NCBI GenBank assembly: GCA_021847995.1
Contig: JAJZNE010000005.1
Span: forward strand, 10,284-42,283
Reading direction: 5' to 3'
Origin: Pseudomonadota bacterium
Lineage (GTDB): Bacteria > Pseudomonadota > Alphaproteobacteria > Acetobacterales > Acetobacteraceae
DNA length: 32,000 nt
The notes under the pieces were generated by a model, which saw nothing but the letters and a program-made list of their open reading frames with translations, did not search any database and had not been told where the DNA came from. The translations under genes and the position numbers were made by a program. This document shows, piece by piece, positions 1 to 15,996 of the stretch (position 1 is its first letter; each line of letters opens with the position of its first letter).

Positions 1-819
1 CATGCTGAAGCCGACCGTGCCCAGCGCCACCGCCACCAGCCGCCGCCGCGCGCCACGCCCGGCGGCATAGTCGCGCCATGCCGCGGCGAAGCGGGGCCGG
101 GCACGTTCGGGCGCGGTGCGCGCCGGGTCGCGCTTTTCCTGCCGCCACAGCGCCACGGTGTTCAGCACCAGCGTCGCCAGCGCGGCACCCTGGATCACCT
201 GGATCAGCCTGATCTCGCTGAACGCGGCGAGCAGCGCGCCGAACACCACCGCGCTGACCACCATGCCGGCGAGCAGCATGACCGAGAGCAGGGCGACGAC
301 TTTGGGATGCGCCTCCTCGGGCGCCAGATCGGTCGCGAGCGCGAGGCCGACGGTCTGGGTCGTATGCAGCCCGGCACCCACCAGCAGGAAGGCGAGAGCC
401 GCCCCGATATCGCCGATCAGCACCGGTCCATGCGTGTCGCCCGACAGCACCAGCAGCGCGAACGGCATGATGGCGAACCCGCCGAACTGAATGAGGGTGC
501 CCATCCAGAGATACGGCACCCGCCGCCAGCCGAGCACCGAACGATGCGTGTCGGAGCGGAACCCGATCACCGCGCGCAGCGGCGCGAACACCAGCGGTAG
601 CGCCACCATCGCCGCCACCAGCCAGGCCGGCACGCCAAGCTCGACGATCATCACCCGGTTGAGCGTGCCGATCATCAGCACCACGGCCATCCCGACCGAC
701 ACCTGGAACAGCGACAGCCGGAACAGCCGCCCGGGCGGCAACCCGGTTGCTGCCACGTCGGCGAACGGCAGGAAGCGCGGGCCGATGCGCTGCCAGCCGC
801 GGGCAAAATGCGCGTTCAT
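1..819 (-). CDS. lhaA: LhaA/PucC-family light-harvesting complex assembly MFS-type protein (partial, runs off the left edge)
   Basis: Reverse translation from CAT at 817-819 gives MNAHFARGWQRIG...TLNRVMIVELGVPAWLVAAMVALPLVFAPLRAVIGFRSDTHRSVLGWRRVPYLWMGTLIQFGGFAIMPFALLVLSGD, typical of the PucC/LhaA family. It lies directly downstream of bchM. It is absent from the ORF track because it has no stop inside the window. Confidence 0.88.
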   Translation of the reverse strand, partial: MNAHFARGWQRIGPRFLPFADVAATGLPPGRLFRLSLFQVSVGMAVVLMIGTLNRVMIVELGVPAWLVAAMVALPLVFAPLRAVIGFRSDTHRSVLGWRRVPYLWMGTLIQFGGFAIMPFALLVLSGDTHGPVLIGDIGAALAFLLVGAGLHTTQTVGLALATDLAPEEAHPKVVALLSVMLLAGMVVSAVVFGALLAAFSEIRLIQVIQGAALATLVLNTVALWRQEKRDPARTAPERARPRFAAAWRDYAAGRGARRRLVAVALGTVGFSM

Positions 820-821
820 CC

Positions 822-1519
822 TCATGCCGGCACCATCTCTTTCGCCTCGGAGATGTAGAAGCCGCTGTCCACCCGCGCCGTGCGGCCGAGCTGCCAGCCG
901 GCGAGCGGCGGCTGCGCCGCCAGAAGCTGCCCGAGGGAAGCGGTCGCCACCGGCTCGATCGCCGGGGCACGCAGGCCGCGCGGGAACAGCCGCCCGACGG
1001 AGTGCATCACGCCGAGCAGCATCGTCCGCGGCGCCACCGTGAACAGCACCGAGCCCGACGCGCGCGCCGCCAGCGCGCCGACCGACGCCGCCATGTCGGC
1101 CGCGCGATAGTGGATCAGGCTATCCATCGCCACGACATGGTCGAATGAACCGAAGCCAGGATCGAGCATGTCGCCGACGACGAAGTCGAGCCGGCCGGCG
1201 CCGCCGTCGCGGCAGCGTTCGCGCGCCAGCGCGATCAGCGTCGGCGACAGATCGACCGCCACCACCTCCGCCCCCCGTCGCGCCGCTTCCAGCGCCAGCG
1301 CACCGGTGCCGCACCCGGCATCGAGCACGCGCCGGCCGCGGAGATCCTCCGGCAGCCAGGACAGCAGCGTGGTCCGCATGCGGTCGCGCCCGGCGCGCAC
1401 GGTGGCACGGATGGAGCCGAGCGGCGCATCGCTGGTCATGCGTGCCCAGGCCTGCACCGCGGTGCGGTCGAAATAGGTCTCCAACTGGGCGCGGCGGCGC
1501 GTGTAGGTCAGCGTGATCA

Positions 1520-1520
<1 letters not shown>
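822..1520 (-). CDS. bchM: Magnesium-protoporphyrin IX O-methyltransferase
   Basis: MITLTYTRRRAQLETYFDRTAVQAWARMTSDAPLGSIRATVRAGRDRM...VLDAGCGTGALALEAARRGAEVVAVDLS: SAM-binding motif plus BchM-like N-terminus. Start ATG at 1520 overlaps the bchL stop (ATGA). Confidence 0.93.
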
Positions 1521-5992
<4,472 letters not shown>

Positions 5993-6018
<26 letters not shown>

Positions 6019-7531
6019 CGTACAGCGTCTCGACGGTGATGGCGGAAAGTCCCCGCTCGGCGGCGAAGCGTTCGGTGTTGCGGCGCGCCTTGCCGCGGAC
6101 GAAGAACGGCACCTTGCCGAGCTCGCGCTCGGCCTCCGGCGCCCAACGGAGCGAAGACGCAGACAATGGCTGCGACATCGTCGGCGGCGGCGGCGGCGCG
6201 GCGGCGCCAAGATGGGACGGCGGCGCGTCGTCGCGGAACTCGAAATCCTCGCGGAACATCGTCAGGAGATGTTCCTCAAGCCCCATCATCAGCGGCTGGA
6301 CACAGGTGTCGAACAGCACGTTGGCACCCTCGAACCCCATCTGCGGTGCGCGGCGGGCGGGGAAATCCTGCACATGCACCGGCGCCGAGATCACGGCACA
6401 GGGAATGCCGAGGCGCTTGGCGACATGCCGCTCCATCTGCGTCCCCAGCACGAGCTCCGGCTGCAGGGCGACGATCCGCGCCTCGACCTCCGCCATGTCG
6501 TCGGTGATCAGCGGATCGAGACCGAGTTCGGCGGCGGCGGCACGCAGATCGCGGGCGAATTCGCGGCTGTAGCTGCCCAGGCCGACCACGTCGAAGCCGA
6601 GTTCCCCGTCGGCGATCCGCGCCGCGGCGATGGCATGGGTCGCATCGCCGAACACGAACACGCGCTTGCCGGTCAGGTAGGTCGAATCGACCGAACGGGA
6701 GAACCACGGCAACCGGCACTCATCGGTGCGCAGGGAGCCTTCCGGGTCAACGCCTGCGACCGCGGCAATTTCGGCGATGAACGCGCGGGTGGCAGCGACA
6801 CCGATCGGAACCGTGCGCACCGTCGGCTGGCCGAAGCTTCGCTCCAGCCAGCGCGCCGCGGTGTCTGCGATCTCGGGATAGAGCACGACGTTGAAATCGG
6901 CATCGCGCAGCCGTGCCAGATCGGCCGGCGAAGCATCGAGCGGGGCGACCACGTTGACGCCGATGCCGAGACCGGCGAGCAGGCCGGCGATCTCGGTCAC
7001 GTCGTCGCGGTGGCGGAAGCCGAGCGACGCCGGGCCGAGCAGGTTGCAGCATGGCAGCACACCCGCGGGGCGGGCCGGGCGCGGACCGGGCGGGCCGGCG
7101 CAGGCACGCACCAGCTGATAGAAGGTTTCCGCCGCGCCCCAGTTTTCCTTGCGCTGATAGGCCGGCAGCTCAAGCGCCACCACCGGCACCGGCAGGCCGA
7201 GCGCGCGGGCAAGACCGCCGGGATCGTCCTGAATGAGCTCCGCGGTGCAGGAGGCACCGACCAGGAGCGCCTGCGGGCGGAAGCGCGCATAGGCGTCGCG
7301 CACCGCATCCTTGAACAGCGAAGCGGTGTCGGCGCCAAGGTCGCGGGCGCGGAAGGTCGTGTAGGTGACGGGCGGCCGGCTGGCACGCCGCTCGATCATG
7401 GTGAACAGAAGGTCGGCATAGGTGTCGCCCTGCGGCGCGTGCAGCACGTAATGCACGTCGCGCATCGCCGCCGCGACGCGCATCGCCCCGACATGGGGCG
7501 GCCCTTCATAGGTCCAGAACGAGAGCTGCAT
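5993..7531 (-). CDS. bchB: Dark-operative protochlorophyllide reductase subunit B
   Basis: [49 protein letters not shown]...; nitrogenase-like family, next to bchN. Confidence 0.95.
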
Positions 7532-7533
7532 GG

Positions 7534-9497
<1,964 letters not shown>

Positions 9498-9506
<9 letters not shown>

Positions 9507-9537
9507 CAGAGAATGACGTAAATCTCTCTTGACAGTC
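9498..9537. promoter_or_regulatory. Inverted repeat and putative PpsR/CrtJ operator in the divergent bchF/ppaA intergenic region
   Basis: GACTGTCAACAGAGA-atgacgtaaa-TCTCTCTTGACAGTC; 14 of 15 arm positions pair. Contains degenerate TGT-N12-ACA matches at 9501-9518 (TGTCAACAGAGAATGACG) and 9517-9534 (CGTAAATCTCTCTTGACA). Confidence 0.72.
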
Positions 9538-9572
9538 GGAACCAAAAATCAAAGGCTGTGGGGGAAGCGGAG

Positions 9573-10481
9573 ATGGGTTCGGTGCAGCAGATGTGGGCAA
9601 CGGATTCAGACTGGGCCGAGCCGGCGGAAGTGTCGCCCTGCCTGACTTTTCCGGCCGGCCGGCCGGCGCCGGCGCGGCTGCCGACACCCGTGCCGCAGGA
9701 AGCTGCCGGCCTCGCCCGCCGCCGGGCGCTGCTCGCCCGTGCCATCGAGACCGAGGTGATCCCCCGGCTGCTGCTCACCCAGCGCGCCCGCGTGGTGACG
9801 CCGGCCGCTGCCATTCTCTCGCCGGCGCTGGCGGTGGAACTGGCCACCCTCGCCCGCGGCAGCGACGCCGCCGCCGCCGGCGATTTCGTTGCCGGCCTGC
9901 ATCGCGGCGGTGTTTCCGCCGAGCGGCTGTTCCTCGATCTGCTCAGCGAGGCGGCGCGTCATCTCGGCGAACTGTGGCTCGCCGATCTGTGCGGCTTCGC
10001 CGAAGTCACCATCGGCCTGATGCGCCTGCAACAGGCGCTGCGCGGCCTCAGCCCGGCGTTCCAGGCCGAGGCGCCGCACGCCGCGCGCGGGCGGCGGGTA
10101 CTGTTGCTGGCGCTGCCCGGCGAACAGCACACCTTCGGCCTCGTCATGGTGGCGGAGTTCTTCCGCCGCGCCGGCTGGGACGTGGTGAGCGAGCCGCTTG
10201 CCGATCTGGGCGAACTCGCGGCCATGGTCCGGCGCAACTGGTTCGGACTGGTCGGCTTCTCCGTCGGTTCCGCCTCCAGGGTCGATGCGCTGGGGCAGGC
10301 CGTGGCGGTGGTCCGCCGCGCCTCCTGCAACCAGGCGGTCGGGTTGCTGGTGGGTGGTCCGGCCCTGTTCGGCCACGACGACCTGGCAGGGCTGGTCGGG
10401 GCCGATGCCAGCGCGGCGGACGGACGCCTCGCCGTCCGTCAGGCAGAGGCGCTGCTCGCGCTGCTGCCGCGCAACGCCTGA
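9573..10481 (+). CDS. ppaA: PpaA/AerR-type cobalamin-binding antirepressor of PpsR/CrtJ
   Basis: Directly upstream of ppsR. B12-binding-like C-terminal domain: VLLLALPGEQHTFGLVMVAEFFRRAGWDVVSEPLADLGELAAMVRRNWFGLVGFSVGS...; alternative GTG start at 9558. Confidence 0.83.
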   Translation: MGSVQQMWATDSDWAEPAEVSPCLTFPAGRPAPARLPTPVPQEAAGLARRRALLARAIETEVIPRLLLTQRARVVTPAAAILSPALAVELATLARGSDAAAAGDFVAGLHRGGVSAERLFLDLLSEAARHLGELWLADLCGFAEVTIGLMRLQQALRGLSPAFQAEAPHAARGRRVLLLALPGEQHTFGLVMVAEFFRRAGWDVVSEPLADLGELAAMVRRNWFGLVGFSVGSASRVDALGQAVAVVRRASCNQAVGLLVGGPALFGHDDLAGLVGADASAADGRLAVRQAEALLALLPRNA

Positions 10482-10514
10482 ACGCGACGGCAGGGGGGAA
10501 GCGGGAGCGTTTGC

Positions 10515-11948
10515 ATGTGGAGGGATTGGGCCGCCGTGACGCCGTTCTCCGCCCCGAGGCAGTCGCTGGGTCGCCTCGACGCCGAGGCTGCCGCGACTCT
10601 GATCGCGGCGGCCGCCGATCTTGTCATCATCGTCGATCGCAACGGCGTGGTGCGCGACATTGCGGTCCATGCCGACGACCTTGCAGCGCAGTTGCGCGAT
10701 GCGACGCGCTGGCGCGGCCGGTCCTGGCTCACCACGCTGACCGCCGAATCGCGTGCCAAGGCAGAGGCGATGATGCAGGCGGCCGCAGCAGGCGACGCGC
10801 CGCGCTGGCGCCAGCTCAACCATCCCGCTATCGCCGGCCCCGACATTCCGCTGCTCTATTCCGCTGTCGCCTTCGGCCCCGACGGTCAGGCCGCGCTGTT
10901 CGGGCGCGATCTGCGCGCGCTGTCGGAGATGCAGCAGCGCCTCGTCGCCGCCCAGCAATCGATGGAACGCGACTACGCCCGCACCCGCCAGTTCGAGACG
11001 CGCTACCGGCTGCTCTTTCACCTCGCCTCCGACGCGGTGCTGATCCTCGACGCGGCGGGCCAGAAGGTGCTGGAGGAGAACCCGGCGGCGCGGCAGATAT
11101 TCGGCGCGCCGCCCTCCCGCGGGGCACGAACGCTCGCCGACCTGTTCGCCGCGGCGAGCCTGCCGCTCATCACCGCGCTGCTCGACGGGGTGCGCGCCGC
11201 CGGCCGCGCCGATGACGTGACGGTGCAGCTTGCCGACGGCAGCACCGCCGCCGCCTCCGTCTCCCTGTTCCGCGAGGGCAGCGCGCCCCTGTTCCTGCTG
11301 CGCATCGTCGCGGCGCAGCCGGCGGGCAGCACCGTCGCGGTGCCCAAGCTCAAGTCGAAGCTGCTCAAGCTGGTCGAAAGCGCGCCGGACGGCTTCGTCG
11401 TCACCACGATGGACGGCCGCATCGTCACCGCCAATGCCGCCTTCCTCGACATGGCGCAGCTTTCCTCGGAGGAGCAGGCGCGCAGCGAATCGCTCGACCG
11501 CTGGCTCGGCCGGCCCGGCGTCGATCTCGATGTGCTGACGGCCAATTTGCGCCAGGGCGGCACGGTGCGGCTGTTCGCCACCACCCTGCGCGGCGAGCAT
11601 GGCGTGCCGGCGCAGGTCGAGATCTCCGCCGTCACCGTGATGAACGGCGGCGGGCCGTGCTGCGGCTTTGCCATCCGCAATGTCGGCCGCCGGCTGTCCG
11701 CCGCGGCGCCGGGCAGCGCGCTGCCGCACCCGATCGAACGCATGACGGAACTGGTCGGCAGCGTCGCGCTGAAGGATCTGGTACGGGAGGCGACCGACGT
11801 GATCGAACGGCTGTGTATCGAGGCGGCCTTGCGCCTGACCAACGACAACCGCGCCTCGGCCGCTGAGATGCTGGGGCTGAGCCGCCAAAGCCTTTATGTC
11901 AAGCTGCGCCGCTACGGTCTCGGCGATGCCGCGGAGGCACGCGGATGA
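10515..11948 (+). CDS. ppsR: PpsR/CrtJ transcriptional regulator of photosynthesis genes (PAS domains and Fis-type HTH)
   Basis: PAS-like segments (ADLVIIVDRNGVVRDI, SDAVLILDAAGQKVLEENPAARQIFG, APDGFVVTTMDGRIVTANAAFLDM) and C-terminal EATDVIERLCIEAALRLTNDNRASAAEMLGLSRQSLYVKLRRYGL. Confidence 0.95.
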   Translation: MWRDWAAVTPFSAPRQSLGRLDAEAAATLIAAAADLVIIVDRNGVVRDIAVHADDLAAQLRDATRWRGRSWLTTLTAESRAKAEAMMQAAAAGDAPRWRQLNHPAIAGPDIPLLYSAVAFGPDGQAALFGRDLRALSEMQQRLVAAQQSMERDYARTRQFETRYRLLFHLASDAVLILDAAGQKVLEENPAARQIFGAPPSRGARTLADLFAAASLPLITALLDGVRAAGRADDVTVQLADGSTAAASVSLFREGSAPLFLLRIVAAQPAGSTVAVPKLKSKLLKLVESAPDGFVVTTMDGRIVTANAAFLDMAQLSSEEQARSESLDRWLGRPGVDLDVLTANLRQGGTVRLFATTLRGEHGVPAQVEISAVTVMNGGGPCCGFAIRNVGRRLSAAAPGSALPHPIERMTELVGSVALKDLVREATDVIERLCIEAALRLTNDNRASAAEMLGLSRQSLYVKLRRYGLGDAAEARG

Positions 11949-12826
11949 GCGCCCACATCGCCACCCGGCCCGCTCTCTCGCCGCTGATCGAGCTGCTCAA
12001 GCCGATCACCTGGTTCGCGCCGATGTGGGCGTTCGGCTGCGGCGTGGTATCGGCCGGCGGCGCGGCGGAGCGGCGCTGGCCGCTGATCGCCGCCGGCGTG
12101 CTGCTGTGCGGACCCCTGGTCTGCGGCACCAGCCAGGTGATCAACGACTGGTTCGACCGCGAGGTGGACGCGCTGAACGAACCGCAGCGGCCGATCCCCT
12201 CCGGCCGCGTGCCGGCACACCGGGCGCTGGCGCTGGCCGCGGCATGGGCTGCGCTGTCGCTCATCCTGGGCGCGCTGCTCGGTCCCTTCACCCTGGCGGC
12301 GACGCTCGGCGGGCTGATGCTGGCGTGGCTCTACAGTGCGCCCCCGTTGCGCCTCAAGCGCAACGGGTGGTGGGGCAACGCCGCCGTCGCCGCCTGCTAC
12401 GAGGGGCTGCCGTGGATCACCGGCGCCGCCATCGCCGCCGGCGGCGCGCCGGGCGGACGGATCGTCGCGCTGGCGGCGCTCTACAGCGCCGGCGCGCACG
12501 GCATCATGACGCTGAACGACTTCAAATCCGTCGCCGGCGACCGCGCGCTCGGCATCCGCTCCCTGCCCGCGCAACTGGGCGTGGCACGCGCCGCGCGCGT
12601 CGCCTGCGCGGTGATGGCGGCGCCCCAGGTCGCGGTGGTGGCACTGCTGCTGCACTGGCAGCGTCCGCTCGGCGCCGCGCTGATCGCCGCATTGCTGATC
12701 GCGCAGGTGCTGCTGATGCTTCGCCTGCTGCGCGCGCCGCGCGACCGCGCGCCCTGGTACAACGCCACGGGAACCAGCCTCTATGTGCTGGGCATGCTCG
12801 TCGCCGCGCTGACGGTGCCGGCATGA
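11945..12826 (+). CDS. bchG: Bacteriochlorophyll synthase (geranylgeranyl/phytyl transferase, UbiA superfamily)
   Basis: LLKPITWFAPMWAFGCGVVSAG...GTSQVINDWFDREVDALNEPQRPIPSGRV: polyprenyltransferase signature. Confidence 0.95.
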   Translation: MSAHIATRPALSPLIELLKPITWFAPMWAFGCGVVSAGGAAERRWPLIAAGVLLCGPLVCGTSQVINDWFDREVDALNEPQRPIPSGRVPAHRALALAAAWAALSLILGALLGPFTLAATLGGLMLAWLYSAPPLRLKRNGWWGNAAVAACYEGLPWITGAAIAAGGAPGGRIVALAALYSAGAHGIMTLNDFKSVAGDRALGIRSLPAQLGVARAARVACAVMAAPQVAVVALLLHWQRPLGAALIAALLIAQVLLMLRLLRAPRDRAPWYNATGTSLYVLGMLVAALTVPA

Positions 12827-14022
12827 GCGCCGCGCGGCCTGCCACGCCGGAGATGTTCGACGCCGTGGTGGTGGGCGGCGGACCGGCCGGGGCGACGGCG
12901 GCGGCCGACCTCGCCCGCGGCGGCCACGCGGTGCTGCTGCTCGATCGTGCCGGGCGCATCAAACCCTGCGGGGGCGCCGTTCCGCCGCGGCTGCTGCGCG
13001 ACTTCGCGATCCCCGAATCGCTGCTCGTGGCCCGCGCCGCCGCCGCGCGCATGGTCGCGCCCTCCGGCCGCACGGTCGATATGCCGATCGCGGGCGGCTT
13101 CGTCGGCATGGTTGATCGCGACCACTTCGACGAATGGCTCCGCGCCCGCGCCGCCGCCGCCGGGGCGGTGCGCCGCACCGGGGTGTTCGAGCGGCTGGAA
13201 CGCGCCGCCGACGGCACCGCCCTGGTCTGCTACCGCACGCCGGAGGGGGCTGCCGGGTGCATCGCGGCGCGCGCCGTGATCGGTGCCGACGGCGCCAATT
13301 CCGCCGTCGCCCGCGCCGCGCTGCCGCAGCGGCGGGCGGCCCCGTTCGTGTTCGCCTACCACGAGATCGTCAGCTCGCCGCGTCCGGACAGCGGGTTCGA
13401 CGGGGCGCGCTGCGATGTCGTCTATCGCGGCGCGCTGTCGCCCGATTTCTACGGCTGGGTGTTTCCGCACGGCGCCACCACCAGCGTCGGCGTCGGCTCG
13501 GCCCGCAAGGGGTTCGCGCTGCGTGCGGCGGTCGCTGCCCTGCGCCAATCCGCCGGCCTCGCCGACGCCGCCACGCTGCGGCGGGAGGGGGCGCCGCTGC
13601 CGCTGCGTCCGCTGGCCTGCTGGGACAACGGGCGCGACGTGGTGCTGGCGGGCGACGCCGCCGGCGTGGTCGCCCCGGCCTCCGGCGAGGGCATCTATTA
13701 CGCCATGACGGCGGGGCGGCTGGCGGGCGAAGCGGTCGCGGCGTTCTGCGCCGACGGCGATGCCCGCGCGCTGCGTCAGGCGCGGCGGCGGTTCATGCGG
13801 GCGCATGGCCGGGTGTTCTGGATTCTCGGCATGATGCAGCGGTTCTGGTACTCGTCGGACCGTCGGCGCGAACGCTTCGTCGCCATCTGCCAGGATCCGG
13901 ACGTGCAGCGTCTGACCTGGGAAGCGTATATGAACAAGGAGCTGGTACGGGCGCGGCCCGGCGCGCATGCCCGCATCTTCTTCAAGGATCTCGCCCATCT
14001 GTGCGGCTTCGTCGCACCGTGA
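12823..14022 (+). CDS. bchP: Geranylgeranyl diphosphate/bacteriochlorophyll reductase
   Basis: MFDAVVVGGGPAGATAAADLARGGHAVLLLDRAGRIKPCGGAVPPRLLRDFAIP...FYGWVFPHGATTSVGVG...VLAGDAAGVVAPASGEGIYYAMTAGR. The ORF track over-extends it upstream. Confidence 0.95.
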   Translation: MSAARPATPEMFDAVVVGGGPAGATAAADLARGGHAVLLLDRAGRIKPCGGAVPPRLLRDFAIPESLLVARAAAARMVAPSGRTVDMPIAGGFVGMVDRDHFDEWLRARAAAAGAVRRTGVFERLERAADGTALVCYRTPEGAAGCIAARAVIGADGANSAVARAALPQRRAAPFVFAYHEIVSSPRPDSGFDGARCDVVYRGALSPDFYGWVFPHGATTSVGVGSARKGFALRAAVAALRQSAGLADAATLRREGAPLPLRPLACWDNGRDVVLAGDAAGVVAPASGEGIYYAMTAGRLAGEAVAAFCADGDARALRQARRRFMRAHGRVFWILGMMQRFWYSSDRRRERFVAICQDPDVQRLTWEAYMNKELVRARPGAHARIFFKDLAHLCGFVAP

Positions 14023-14032
14023 CCGCGGCGCC

Positions 14033-14512
14033 ATGATCCTGCCGATCGCGCTCGCCGCCGGATGGGCGCTGCTGGTCGCCGTGATCGGCGCGCGGCTCAC
14101 CGATATCGGCCCCTGGTACCACGGGTTGCGCAAGCCGGCATGGCAGCCGCCGAACTGGCTGTTCGGGCCGGCCTGGACCGTGATCTTCGCGCTCGCCGCA
14201 ACCGCCTTCGTGCTCGCCTGGCGCGCGGCGCCCGGCGGCGGCGCGCGGGGTGCGCTGATCGCGGTCTATCTGGCCAACGGCGCCCTCAATATCCTGTGGA
14301 ATCCGCTGTTCTTCACCCTGCGCCGGCCGGACTGGGCCCTTTTCGAGGTACCGCTGCTGTGGCTTTCGATCGCGGCGGCCATCGTGTTCGTGGCACCGCT
14401 GTCGCCGGCCGCGGCGTGGCTGCTGCTGCCCTATCTGGTCTGGGTGTCGTTCGCCTCGGTGCTGAACCTCGCCATCGTGCGCCGCAACCGGCCGTTCGGG
14501 GCGGCGCGGTGA
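14033..14512 (+). CDS. tspO: TspO/MBR (CrtK) family tryptophan-rich sensory protein
   Basis: GPWYHGLRKPAWQPPNWLFGPAWTVIFALAATAFVLAWR...LNILWNPLFFTLRRPDWALFEVPLLWLSIA: TspO hallmark residues. Confidence 0.94.
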   Translation: MILPIALAAGWALLVAVIGARLTDIGPWYHGLRKPAWQPPNWLFGPAWTVIFALAATAFVLAWRAAPGGGARGALIAVYLANGALNILWNPLFFTLRRPDWALFEVPLLWLSIAAAIVFVAPLSPAAAWLLLPYLVWVSFASVLNLAIVRRNRPFGAAR

Positions 14513-15996
14513 CGGCGGCGCGGCATGCCGTGGTGATCGGCGCCGGCATCGGCGGGCTGGCGGCGGCGGTCCGGCTCGGCGCCCGCGGCTACCGCGTCAG
14601 CGTGTTCGAGCGGCTGGACGGGCCGGGCGGGCGGGCCTACGTGCATCGCCGCGACGGCTTCACGTTCGACGCCGGCCCCACCATCATCACCGCCCCGTTC
14701 CTGTTCGAGGAACTGTGGCGCCTGTGCGGCCGGCGGCTGGCCGACGACGTGGTGCTGCGCCCGCTGGCCCCGTTCTATCGCATCCGCTTCGACGATGGCG
14801 CGAGCTTCGACTATTCGGGCGACGCCGCGGCGATGCGGGCCGAGGTGGCACGGTTCAGCACGGCCGATCTGCCGGGCTACGAGCGCTTCATGCGCATCAG
14901 CGACATGCTCTGCCGTCTCGGCTTCGAGCAGCTCGGCCATCGTCCGTTCGGCCGCATCGCGGACATGCTGCGGGTCGCCCCGGCCCTGCTGCGCCATCAG
15001 GCATGGCGCAGCGTGCATGGGCTGGTGGCGCGGCATATCCGCGATCCGCGCCTGCGCGTCGTGTTCAGCTTCCATCCGCTGCTGATCGGCGGCGATCCGT
15101 TCGCCGCGTCGGCGATCTATGCCCTGATCCCGGCGCTCGAACGGCGCTGGGGCGTGCATTGCGCACTCGGCGGCACCAACGCACTGGTGGACGGGCTGGT
15201 GCGCCTTGCCGAGGGCCAGGGCGGCACCGTCCACTACAACGCCGATGTTGCCGAGATCATGGTGCGCGACGGCGCCGCGGCCGGCGTGAAGCTTGCCTCC
15301 GGCGTCTCGGTTGGCGCCGACATCGTGGTGTGCAACGCCGACGCCGCGCGCACCTATCGTCGTCTGCTGCCGCAGTTGCGCCGCCGCCGCTGGACCGACC
15401 GGCGCCTCGACCGGGCACGCGCCTCGATGGGCCTGTTCGTCTGGTATTTCGGCACCAGGCGGCGCTACCCGGCGGTCGCGCATCACACCATCCTGCTCGG
15501 GCCGCGCTATCGCGCACTGCTCGCCGACATCTTCCGCGGCCGGCCTCTTGCCGACGATTTCAGCCTCTATCTGCACCGCCCGACCGCGACCGACACGACA
15601 TTGGCGCCCGCCGGCTGCGATGCGTTCTACGTGCTCTCCCCGGTGCCCAATCTCGATGCCGGCATCGACTGGACGCGCAGCGCCGAGCCGTATCGCCGCG
15701 CCATCGCCGCGCGGCTGGAGGCAACGCTGCTGCCCGGACTGGGCGATGCGCTCGCCACCTCCTTCGTTGCCACGCCGCAGGATTTCGCCGACCGTTTGCT
15801 CGCCGATCGCGGCGCGGCGTTCGGCCTCGCACCGACGCTGATGCAGAGCGCCTGGTTCCGGCCGCACAACGCGAGCGAGGAAGTGCGCCGCCTGTTCCTG
15901 GTCGGCGCCGGCACGCATCCCGGCGCCGGCGTGCCGGGTGTGCTCTCCTCGGCGCGCGTGCTCGATCATGTGGTGCCCGATGCCGCCGCCCTGTGA
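14509..15996 (+). CDS. crtI: Phytoene desaturase
   Basis: GTG start overlapping the tspO stop. VTAARHAVVIGAGIGGLAAAVRLGARGYRVSVFERLDGPGGRAYVHRRDGFTFDAGPTIIT...LVGAGTHPGAGVPGVLSSARVLDHVV. Confidence 0.95.
   Translation: MTAARHAVVIGAGIGGLAAAVRLGARGYRVSVFERLDGPGGRAYVHRRDGFTFDAGPTIITAPFLFEELWRLCGRRLADDVVLRPLAPFYRIRFDDGASFDYSGDAAAMRAEVARFSTADLPGYERFMRISDMLCRLGFEQLGHRPFGRIADMLRVAPALLRHQAWRSVHGLVARHIRDPRLRVVFSFHPLLIGGDPFAASAIYALIPALERRWGVHCALGGTNALVDGLVRLAEGQGGTVHYNADVAEIMVRDGAAAGVKLASGVSVGADIVVCNADAARTYRRLLPQLRRRRWTDRRLDRARASMGLFVWYFGTRRRYPAVAHHTILLGPRYRALLADIFRGRPLADDFSLYLHRPTATDTTLAPAGCDAFYVLSPVPNLDAGIDWTRSAEPYRRAIAARLEATLLPGLGDALATSFVATPQDFADRLLADRGAAFGLAPTLMQSAWFRPHNASEEVRRLFLVGAGTHPGAGVPGVLSSARVLDHVVPDAAAL

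Noticed and set aside
9606-11888. 760-aa minus-strand ORF antisense to ppaA-ppsR
   Set aside because: Mirror frame of two well-recognised genes, crossing their junction, with no domain or plausible start context.
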